Below, in pieces: positions 1 to 64,000 of a stretch of DNA of 64,000 bases (position 1 is its first letter; each line of letters begins with the position of its first letter). Source of the DNA: Octopus bimaculoides (lineage: Eukaryota); assembly GCF_001194135.2 (NCBI RefSeq), contig NC_068982.1:92448572-92512571 (forward strand), read 5' to 3'. Under the pieces are notes generated by a model, which did not search any database, was not told the origin of the DNA, and was given only the letters and a program-made list of their open reading frames with translations. Made by a program: the position numbers and the translations under genes.

Positions 1-357
1 AGAGGTTTATCCTTAGCTAGGTATTTCTCCTGCAACTGTCTCACTAGAAATAAGGCATCAGTAGTGCTTTTACCTGGCACGAACCCAAACTGCATCTCAT
101 CTAAATTGATTCGCTCCCTAATTAGTTGGGCTATGACCCTCTCTGTAACTTTCATAACCTGATCTAACAGCTTGATGCCTCTGTAATTATTTGTATCTAA
201 AGCGTCACCTTTACCTTTGTAGCAGTTGACTATGATGCTGCTACACCAGTCATTGGGTATGACTCCTTCGTGTATCACCTGGTTCGTAATACGGGTGACT
301 AGGCTATAGCCAACACTGCCAGATATTTTGAGCATCTCTGCAGTGATTCCTGATGGG
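1..357 (-). mobile_element. RTE-clade LINE, 5'-truncated; reverse transcriptase fragment running off the window start
   Basis: Minus-strand frame from 356 has no stop: PSGITAEMLKISGSVGYSLVTRITNQVIHEGVIPNDWCSSIIVNCYKGKGDALDTNNYRGIKLLDQVMKVTERVIAQLIRERINLDEMQFGFVPGKSTTDALFLVRQLQEKYLAKDKP. It contains the KGKGD..NYRGI and QFGF..G.ST.DA RT motifs. Confidence 0.92.
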
Positions 358-470
358 TAGATACAAACACAAATAGCATATATAGTGCTCTTTTGTGCTT
401 CTTTCTCTCTGAATATAAACATTTTTTCTCAGAAAATGAATGTATGTATACATACACATAGTTTGTTGCT

Positions 471-760
471 ATGTGCTATCCTTTAGGATTAGCACACATG
501 CTGGTGCCACATAAAATGCACCTGTTCTGGTACCACATAAAATGCACCTGTTCTGGTACCACATATAAAGTACCTGTGCTGGTGCTATGTATAAAGCACC
601 CAGTACACATTGTAAAGTGGTTTGCTTTAGGAAGGGCATCCAGCCATAGAAACCCTGCCAAAACAAATAATCGGATCCTAGTGCAGTTCTTTGACTGGCC
701 AGCTCCTGTCAAACCATTCAACAACCTATGCCAGCATGGAGAATGAACATTAAATGATGA
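471..760 (+). repeat. RTE-type 3'-end dispersed repeat
   Basis: Ends ...cctatgccagcatggagaatgaacattaaatgatga. Similar copies lie at about 1486-1760(-), 5800-6000(+), 27900-28005(+), 37800-38010(+), 48520-48630(+), 53575-53650(-) and 58728-59010(-). Confidence 0.7.
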
Positions 761-2626
761 TTTGTTTCAATGAAATATATCTTGAGTTTTATGGACTGTT
801 ATGTATCTTAATTTGTACAGCATATTGTGTAGTTGCATTGCAATGGCTAGCAGTAGTAAGATTTGTAGTGTAGGTGGAACACAGCTGGAAAACACTGCAA
901 GACTGGCGCAATTTCCACTGAAGCATTTTCACTGACATTGCTAAATCCCCTTGGAGAAGGCATGAACATCACCTTTAATTTTTTTTTTCTCTTCTGAAGG
1001 GTCTATTTACTCCTGATCTCTCTCTCTCTTGCATACACTCTGTCAATCAGTTGAAAGCAGAACAACCTAATCAGTCATGGATTGAAAACCATACATTGCA
1101 TGGATGACTTCCTGGAAGTAATAAATATGTTCTATTTCCTAGGTAATTGATTAGGTTGTGATGTGTAGTTGGATATTGCATAGGTCTGGGAATTTTAACC
1201 TCTGCAGGCAACAATGAGATTTTCTGCTTGTGTGAAACCTTATTGGTCAAAATGGTGAAGAGATTATTACCTGGAAATAGGTGTATAATATGAATGGATA
1301 ATGTGTGTGTGTGTGTACACACATGCCTGCATCACATGTATCCTGGTTTTTAGATTAAGTACATTGTGTCACTGTTGTAAGAGACAACTGAAAGGGTTGT
1401 TGTCAGGAAGGGAGATATCTGTATAAATTGCCTCAAAAAATTCTAGCCAACCCATGCCAGCATAGCAAAGTGAACATAAAAACAACAACAACAATGATGA
1501 TGATGCTAGCATGGATTGGCTGGTTTAACCAGGGCTGGGAAGCTGAGGGGCTACACCAAACTCTAGTGTGATTTGGCATGCTTTCTATGGTTGGATGCCC
1601 TTCCTAATGCCAACCACTGAGAATATAATGCGAGTTTTTATGTACCACTGGTACGGGTGTCAGTTTGCATGACATCAATATCTGCCATGACTACGATTTC
1701 ACTTGGTTAGAAAGGTACTCTTCATGTACCACAGCACAGGTGCCAGTTACATAGATGCACATACACATAGGCACAGGTGAATAAATACCAGGCTTAAAAA
1801 AAATAAGTCTTGGGGTCGATTTGTTCCATTAAAATTTTTCAAGGGGACACCCCAGCATGGCCACATCCAGTGACTGGAACAAGTAAATGTTATAATATGT
1901 ATGCTAAATGAGAAACTGTCATGAGTTGAAATGGATTTGCAATAATAGCCTGAAGATTGTAAATGAAGTTATCAATTCAGGCATGGGAATGGTAAGCTTT
2001 GCTGACAATTAAGATCGTTTAAAAAGATATATTACACAATCAAGATCTTTTAAAAAGATATATTTCCTTCTTTCGTTTCATTCCTTCACCTGAATAGAAA
2101 TCAAAAACTAATGCTGGTGATAACTGAATTTATATAAACAAATGTATAATCAGAGAAAAGATTATTGTAGAGTTTGACCTCATGGTCATTGTATCATTAA
2201 TTTGGGACTTAGTCCTTTAATTAGTTTTCTTTTTTGAGTGAAACCTTGTTTCTCTAGAATTGTTGGAAGATAGAAATATTATCAAGATGTTAATATTATG
2301 TCTTTAAAATTTTGCAACAGAAGTTTGATGGAAGGAATAGGAAATGTTCATGTGTAAGTTTTATTATGAAATAAGAACAAAATAAAGTTATTTATAACAG
2401 TGTATTTTTTCATGGCTTACGCAGTTATTTTAGTTCCGACACACACTCTCAAATCAAATTTCATGCCAACAAGTGTAACTCAACCCAAAATATATATTTC
2501 TATATTTGATCATTCAACACAGTCTAGTATATATATCTTTAGAAGCTGTGATTGTTACAATAATATTAGTTCAAATGCTTTACAGTGTTGTGTTTTGTTC
2601 TCCTTGTTTTACTTTTCAACCTTCAG

Positions 2627-2635
2627 GTGGAGAAA
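2627..2635 (+). CDS. CLEC16A: Candidate 9-nt microexon of CLEC16A (gtggagaaa)
   Basis: Long pyrimidine tract, cttcag acceptor, perfect gtaagt donor; frame-preserving with no stop. Confidence 0.55.
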
Positions 2636-3081
2636 GTAAGTATTGTCAACATTACTGGATCAATTTATTGAGTATACTCCTCCCATAACATATTTAATGA
2701 TCTTCTTTTACTCTAAATACAATATAAAACCAATAAATTTCATAGATACTAACAAGTTGATAAAATTTTTAGATGTCTAAAATTTGTTTTTAATAAGATT
2801 ATAATATTTATATATACACAGTTCCAGTTGGTTTAATCTTGATTCATGATCATGTATCTTGTTTCTGAACATATCCAGTAATAAAAACCCCAAGGATGAT
2901 CAAAGGAATCATAATGCAGATATAGATATACACTATAATTTTCCTCAACTTTAGATTAATTTTTTAAACGTCTTCATAAGCTTTTCCTAATATGCCTGGA
3001 ACATTTTATATGCAGTAATCTGTGTTATCTTTTGGTTTACTGTTAGTTTAAGATCAATTTTGTTTGATAAATCTTTTACAG

Positions 3082-56828
<53,747 letters not shown>

Positions 56829-56892
56829 AAAATTCTATTTATTGTTGCTGATATGTTTGTGTAGTTCAGAAAAAAAAAAAAGAAAAAAAACT

Positions 56893-57154
56893 AATAAAAT
56901 TGAAAAATTCCCTAACTCTTTGGACCATCTTAAAATCTAAGATAATTTAATTTGGAACAAATAAAATGTTACGCTAGAAGGAGGCAGAAAAAATGTTAAT
57001 TAATTTAAAAATTGTAAAATAATATATTAGTTATTACTAAAGAAAAGTAAAAAATTGAACTCTTTATTCCCCAAATCCCTGAACCGACCACAAGATTTTT
57101 GCAGTACCTTCCTGAGTATCTGTTGTTAATAAATTTTTATTTCTGCGCAATAAA
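56893..57154 (+). terminator. Candidate polyadenylation signals (AATAAA cluster) in the CLEC16A 3' UTR
   Basis: AATAAA at 56893, about 56960, 57128 and 57149 downstream of the stop. AT-rich context lowers specificity. Confidence 0.4.
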
Positions 57155-57299
57155 TTCTTGTTAAAATATTTTCTCACCTTTTTATTAGTATTGTTTATTT
57201 CTCTTATTCTAATTAGTTTGTAACGATTGGAAAAAATAATGTATGTTGTAAAATACTGATGTTGGTTTAGATTGGCTGGGTCAGCTGCACAATATATTG

Positions 57300-59560
57300 C
57301 TACTTATGTTGGTTTTTACATTTCTTTTTGAGTTCCACACTCTTTAGATTTGATCTCACCATTTCATTCTCTTCCACTGTTTCCTTTACCAACATCACTT
57401 TTCTCCATATGTCTCTATTAAAGGTAATGATTTTAATAACCAGCTAGATTATTTCTTATATATTGTAACTTGTGAATAATAACATTAATAATAGAATGAG
57501 CCAGTCACTAGTTTACTGCATTTCTGACAGTAAGATAATATCTGTAACTTGGTGCAAAGGTGTCTGAAGAACATCAGTTTTTCTATAGTAAAAAAAAAAA
57601 ATCGAAGCATATCATGATGATGATGATGCTTGTTTATCTAAGTTTGCATAGGTTTGATTGGTTTTCTCCAGCACAGGGTCTTGCCACTTACTGTGAGTCC
57701 CTGTCTTTCCCTTTTGGAGGTTCAGTCTCTTAAGAAATAAGTCTCCACCATTTTTTCCCATGTCTTTCTCTTCTACAGTTGCCTTCCACTTGGATAATTT
57801 AATAGTTTTATTCAACTGTCATCCACCATATGTATCAAACGTCCATACCAATGCAGTCTTTTTCTCTTGCACATTGTGGGAAAGAGAAAAGACTCATATA
57901 CTGTTTTACCCTTAGTTCAGTTGTGCTTTACTGTTCACATACATTAACATTACACAAACAGAGATGCATACTTATATCATTTCCTTCTAGTCTTTGCACA
58001 CCCTCTTCATTCAGTGCTCATGCTTGGCTATCAAGAACATCACATTTCTTACATGTGCATCATACAATTTGCTCTTCACTTATAGAGAGAATTCCTTTGC
58101 AAGCAGAGATAAATTGTTCTTACTCTGGCTACAATGCATTTGGAATACCCACTCCACTGGTAATTTGGTCATCAAGGTAATAGAAGCTATCAGCTTTTTC
58201 TAGAGACTTTTCTGTGCTTTCAAAAGTATTTCATAAATGTTTTTGTTATATACAAAGCTTCTCTTTGTGAGCTTATCTGTAATCCAAATGCCAGATATAG
58301 GTGTACATCTTGTACACCCATTTGATGCTGGTATTTGATGCAATCAGAATTCCAACCTATTCTCTTCTGCATATTAAGTGTGGTCACTTATTAGAATCTT
58401 TTGTTTTTCCTCCTTACTAAAACTTTTGTCTTTGCAGGGTTTACTTTGAGGTCTCTCCTCTCATATTTGGAGTTTTTTCCTTTACTCTTTAACAGACTCG
58501 CCTACAAAGACTAATCCATGAGCATAAAGGATTCCCTAAGGATAGTTGGTCTTAAATTCCCCTATTGTGACTTGGGTAACTGTAACAAATAGGAGGCAAT
58601 GAGCTTCCACACAGTTTTTGTCTGCCAAATTTTATTCACAAGGTATTGGTCAGTGTCATTTCTCTCCAGTTTCTACAAATCTTCCACATTAAATTTCTAT
58701 GTCACTTTTTACACATGCTTCATACAACATCATCATCGTTTAACATCCGTTTTCCATGCTAGCATGGGTTGGATGATTTGACTGAGGACTGGTGAAACCA
58801 GATGGCTACACCAGGCTCCAATCTGATTTGGCAGAGTTTCTACAGCTGGATGTCCTTCCTAATACCAACCACTCCGAGAGTGTAGTGGGTGCTTTTACGT
58901 GCCACCGGCACGAAGGCCAGTCAGGAGGTACTGGCAACGGCCACGCTCAAAATGGTGTATTTTACGTGCCACCTGCACAGGAGCCAGTCCAGCGGCACTG
59001 GCAACACTTCATAAAAACACTTTATTAATGCTTCTCTGAATTTCATCCACCTCTTCTTTTTTCTGGCATCTGTACTTGACATCAAAATGTTTCATACTTC
59101 CATTCTGACAACACATCATTAGCAAATTTCCTACTCTTAGATCCACTCTGATTAGGTATACCTGATTTCCTGCTACCCACCTACTTTACTACCTTTTTTT
59201 CTTCCACGGCTTCTATGTTGATTGGTACCCTGTTCTCTTCAAAATCAGTTCTTTGTAACAGTAAGATGTCTTTATGTTGTAGTTCTCTTTCATGTTCTCA
59301 ATCAATATAGGTATAACAATTGTGTGGAAGTCTCAGCTAACAGTGAGATGATTTAATTCCCATGCCATCTCTCTCCAACTTTTCATTTGCTTCTATGTTC
59401 ATATCATTAATCACCAAAGTTTATTGAAGAATACATTTCTCTATTCAGTGTTCAAAAATATCTGCCTGTCTTGCTTTCTGATAAGTACAAAATCAATCTG
59501 GTTCTCATTTCCATCACTAGGCTATATCTGAAAAAGTAAATGGTGGATAACAATTCTAGG
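57300..59560 (-). mobile_element. Old degenerate RTE LINE (APE and RT remnants)
   Basis: Minus strand NQIDFVLIRKQD (APE) near 59490; EFKTNYP*GILYAHGLVFVGES (decayed YADD region) near 58520. Interrupted by a younger repeat at 58728-59010. Boundaries approximate. Confidence 0.65.
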
Positions 59561-61890
59561 TCTAGGAACTTCAGTAGGATAATTTTGTTTTAGATTATGG
59601 AAAAAGGAAATTTTGAGAATTTTTGCTTGTTATTTACATGTAAGAATGGCATATTTAGTAGCATGCTGAACAAAATACCTTGAGGTACATATTTACATTC
59701 TGATTTCAAATCCAACCTTGAACCCTAACCATTTGCCTTTCATCCTCCAAAGGTTGATAAAATAAGTGCTTGGATCAATGTAATTAACTGTACCCTAGAA
59801 GCCTGGTTCCAACATGGCTTTAAGTTCAGTTGATGAAACCAATGATAGAATATAATTTCCTCCCAATAGCAACTACCAGTCACTTGTGAGCAAGAATGAC
59901 TTAGTGATTCTTTCAGTAATTGTTTTAGGTGCCTATGTTGTTGTGAGCAGACATAGACAATCTCTTGGCCCTCCTGTCCTTGCTTCCAGTGGAACATCCA
60001 GGATATGACAGCTGGAGGGAGAGGAGCATAACAGAATCCAGTTGGTACTCATTTAAAGCTGAGTTGAATGGAGCAATGTGAAGTGAAGTATGAATATGTG
60101 CTATCTGGTCCAGGAAATGAACCTCTGACTTTATAGGATAAAAGAAAAACTGGATATACTACTTAGATTTTTTTTTTGCTACATAATCAGTCAGAATTTA
60201 TTTTCTTCTAAACAGATGTACAAATTATTCAGCACCTGAAACAATTCAGTATCCTTTTAATTTGCTTGGGAACTGTCAGTAAGCTGCTAGTACCTGCTTC
60301 TAATTCCCATGGTTGTAAGGGGGATCTTCCTCAGAATAGGATGCAAGTAGATTTTTATTCCTTTGTTGGAACTGAACTCAAAACTTTGAGCCAATGGTAT
60401 TCTCAGTTCTACTTATAGTAGTGAATGATATCACCTGTTGGTACCCCGTTGAATTAGACTCTGCTATTGACAGTTGACAGAGACACAGTACACTAAGCTC
60501 ATTGTCCAATGTTCTAATACCATTGATCCCTGTTCTTCCCTGTTATTAACACCATCATTACTATAACACATATACAGATAATATCTATCATGACAACTTT
60601 CATATTCATTCTTGATATGTTCCAGCATATTTAAATGTGAATATGCTAACCCCTGCTGTGTTTGGTCATAGGAGAACAATTCTTTTAGATGAATGTGTGT
60701 TCATAACACACTCGATACAGTAACATATGAAGACTCTGGGAAACATGGTGTTTGAACATCTTTGAATCTCATCAGCCAAAGGCAGACTACTGAATTTAAC
60801 GTGTTTGTAATTCTTGTTTATAACTTCAAACAAGTTATTTGCTGATGCAACAGATGATAAATTCTCATGTACACAGTAAACAGTGAGAATCAAAATAAGT
60901 TGTTCTGGCAGATTCAAAAGTAAATATGCTAATTACAGTTGTATTTTATCAGTGGAAAACTTCTTTCAGACAAAAATCTATATAATTATTGTAGTTTCAC
61001 ATAATTTTGGAAGATAGTGTATATTACTCTTTCTTATTTCTTTTTTTTTTTTCTTATAAAGATGCATAACACAAAGGATTGATTTATGCAATCCTCATTA
61101 TACAAATGATATTCACTGTGGAGGTGGGATGCTGATTCTGCAGATGGAGCTGGTAGGAGTGGCGTTTTTTCAGATTGATAATCTAGGATGATGATTTTTC
61201 AGGTGATTGGTCAATTTGGTTGATACTTTATTGACCTCAGCAAGATGAAAGGCAAACTTAACCTTGGCAAGATTTGAGCTCAGAATGTAATCTTGGAGGC
61301 ATTTGAGTCCAGAATGTACTTCTACAGGATTTGAACTCAGAATGTGAAGATCTGGAACACCACTAGGCATGTTCTCCAACCTGTTTTTTCTTTTTCAAAC
61401 AGCAATACAAATCCAGGAATTTTGGGGAGGAGTTAGTTGATGAAATCAAACCCCAGTGCTTGATTGTTACTTTATTTTATTAACTCTGGAAGGAGAGAAA
61501 GCAAAGTTCACCTTGGTGCTATTTGGATTCAGACCAAATATTACAGATCCACAGCCCTTACATCAATAATAATAATTATAATTGATGGTAATAATCTAGT
61601 TAGTTGATAGCTCTTCGAAAGAGTGAAAAACAGAACCAAAACAAATTAGGTAATCTTAATACATTCATTTTCAAAATATCCTCAATCAATATGTTACTAT
61701 AATTTATAATAGATATAACTATATTTAGGGACTGAAATTGAACAACATAGAAATAGAATATCCACTTTGTGTTTACCTGTACAAATTTCATCTTTTAGAA
61801 CATGTGTTGACTGCCTTTCAAATCTTCCTCCTCGTTCTTGTTCTTCCTCTTCCCAGGACTTAAGTCTTTTCTCTTCAAATATTCACTGAA

Positions 61891-61925
<35 letters not shown>

Positions 61926-62123
61926 GGAAATAATTTTAAGTATAATTATGAGAGTATTAATAGATGTTTTTAATTTTTTGTCATTTAAAAAATTTTCTGT
62001 TTATCTTTATCATAGTTTTTTTGGTTCTTTTTTTTTTTCACTTACTTTCAATATTTGTGTGGTGAAAGAGATAAACTCTTTGTAATCATCAAAGTAAGTC
62101 ATGCTTCACCACCTCATCTTATA

Positions 62124-62313
62124 TCTTCCTGGGTCTCCCTCTACCCCGGATTCCGTCAAATGTTTGGGAGTGGCACTTCTTCACACAGCTCTCTTCATCC
62201 ATCTGTAGGACATGACCATACCAATGTACTACAGATGGATGAGGAGAGCTGTGTGAAGAAGTGCCACTCCCAAACAGTTGAAGGAATCCGGGGCAGAGGG
62301 AGACCGAGGAAGA
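62124..62313. repeat. Fold-back inverted repeat of an RTE ORF2 C-terminal fragment
   Basis: 85-bp arms with 5 mismatches and a 20-nt spacer; WYGHVLQM...GIRGRGRPRK motif. Confidence 0.9.
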
Positions 62314-62497
62314 CATTGTGCCAAGAACTGAGCTGAGACCTTTTGACTCCATTCTTCCATTCACCTTTACACAATAGTTACAGCTTCCACCCAGTTCAAA
62401 TAGCAATGACAGTCAATAAATTTCAATGTTGTTCATTGAGTAAAATAATATACTCACAAATGGATTTTCCAGGTTATTGCTTTGGTATTGAGTTGTT

Positions 62498-62873
62498 GGC
62501 ACTCTGTCGCTTACGATGTCGAGGGTTCCAGTCGATCCGATCAATGGAACAGCCTGTTCGTGAAATTAATGTGCAAGTGGCTGAGCACTCCACAGACACG
62601 TGTACCCTTAACGTAGTTCTCGGGGATATTCAGCGTGACAGTGTGACAAGGCTGACCCTTTGAATTACAGGCACAACAGAAACAGGAAGTAAGAGTGAGA
62701 GAAAGTTGTGGTGAAAGAGTACAACAGGGTTCGCCACCATCCCCTGCTGGAGCCTCGTGGAGCTTTAGGTGTTTTCGCTCAATAAACACTCACAACGCCC
62801 GGTCTGGGAATCGAAACCGCAATCCTATGACCGCGAGTCCGCTGCCCTAACCACTGGGCCATTGTGCCTCCAC
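62498..62873 (-). mobile_element. tRNA-derived SINE family C
   Basis: Reverse-complement head tggaggcacaatggcccagtggttagggcagcggactcgcggtcataggattgcggtttcgattcccagaccggg shows A/B boxes, followed by a GC-richer body. Confidence 0.75.
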
Positions 62874-63116
62874 GGTATTGAGTAAAATAGGTCTATTCTT
62901 TCCAACTGATCTATTTGTGTATGGAAAAATTGTATCTTGTTCTGTTAAGAACAACAATGTGCTGCAGCTATTGTGATAATGCTGGAAAAAATGTCATCAA
63001 CATTTCATACACTAAGTTTTCCAGTGATAAGAACTTTATTCCTAATTGCTGTCATTTTGACACTTAATTCAGATGGGTTTATATATACATGCATATGTTT
63101 TAGCATTAATTTATTT

Positions 63117-63927
63117 GGATCTTTTCCCTTTGAACGGCAGAACGAGAAATTAATTTTTTGTAACTAAACGCTTTTAAACTTCGGACACAGGTAGAATGTG
63201 TCATATAAAACATCTTTTACTCTTAATATTGTTGAGAAAAGTTTATATTTTCAAAGTTATTTCATGTTAAAGTTGTTGTATTTTGCTAATTTCAAACAAT
63301 CAATGACGTGTATTCAGCTGAATAAAATTACTGCTGTTGTTTGTCAACAACAACTATAGGTGGTGTATATTTTGTTTGTCACTGTTATTTATGACATCAT
63401 TTGTGTGTTTGTACTGGTTTTAGCCTTAAGGTGTTAGGGTTAAGGTTTAGGGTTACTGTTAGGGTTAGAGTTACAGAAAAAAATTAAAAATGAAGAAATT
63501 GGAGGGGTGGGGGTGGGGGCAAAAAAGTCTTTCCGAAAATAGTAGCTGAAAAACAGGAAAAAAAAAACTAAAAGCAGTAGAAATGCACGAACGATTATGG
63601 TGGTGCCATGAAGTAAACATGCTTCAGATACACTTGTTTATTCATACAAATGTAACTGAGATGAAATATGTCATAAATAACAGTGACAAACGAAATATAC
63701 ACCACCGGAAGTTGTTGACAAACAACAGCAGTAATTTTATTCAGCCGAATACACATCATTGACTGGTTGAATTTAACACGAAATAACTTTGAAAATAGAA
63801 ACTTTTCTCAACAACATTAAGAGTAAAAGATGCTTTATATAACACATTCTACTAGTGTCCGAAGTTTGAAAGTGTTTAGTTACAAAAAAATTAATTTCTC
63901 CATCTGCTGTTCAAAGGGTAAAGATCC
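63117..63927. mobile_element. Long-TIR MITE/foldback with an 8-bp TSD (Merlin- or MULE-like)
   Basis: TSD ATTTATTT at 63109-63116 and 63928-63935; GGATC...GATCC termini; arms about 63117-63397 and 63668-63927. Confidence 0.85.
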
Positions 63928-64000
63928 ATTTATTTGCTATCCTATTATATTTTCTTTTAATCATCTTCATTCATTAACAGCCATAAAGCTAAAACTGAGC

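Noticed and set aside
358-2626. Search for the CLEC16A start exon and the IWGDQND exon
   Set aside because: Not found; they must lie upstream of the window, so no promoter is called.
60745-60780. Minus-strand CTGATGA...CAAAC hammerhead-like string
   Set aside because: Stem II is mismatched and the G of GAAA is missing.

Overview
AT-rich, repeat-dense eukaryotic genomic DNA with seven N-gaps flanked by microsatellites. The repeat families (RTE LINE and its (GAT)n-tailed 3' ends, tRNA-derived SINEs, TTAA MITEs) resemble those of Octopus; the species call is inference. One plus-strand protein-coding gene spans most of the window: a CLEC16A/gop-1/Ema orthologue. I reconstructed 21 GT-AG exons by hand from 3082 to the stop at 56828 (3508 nt, all splice phases consistent, about 1168 codons). 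The first roughly 70 N-terminal residues lie upstream of the window. Introns and the 3' flank hold TE fossils: RTE LINEs, a maT-like Tc1/mariner, a pogo/Tc2-like element, two Buster-type hATs, a full-length DD34D mariner, a Sola3-like DDD transposase, several MITEs and many SINEs. The most interesting unannotated signals are: three frame-preserving 9-nt microexon candidates; a candidate alternative last exon and a poison/mutually exclusive exon; a minimal hammerhead ribozyme in sense orientation in an intron; a tRNA-headed SINE carrying a Penelope-type hammerhead, arranged as a head-to-head dimer; an 85-bp-arm fold-back of RTE sequence; and a long-TIR MITE with TTAGGG-like repeats. No database searches were run; family names come from recognised motifs.
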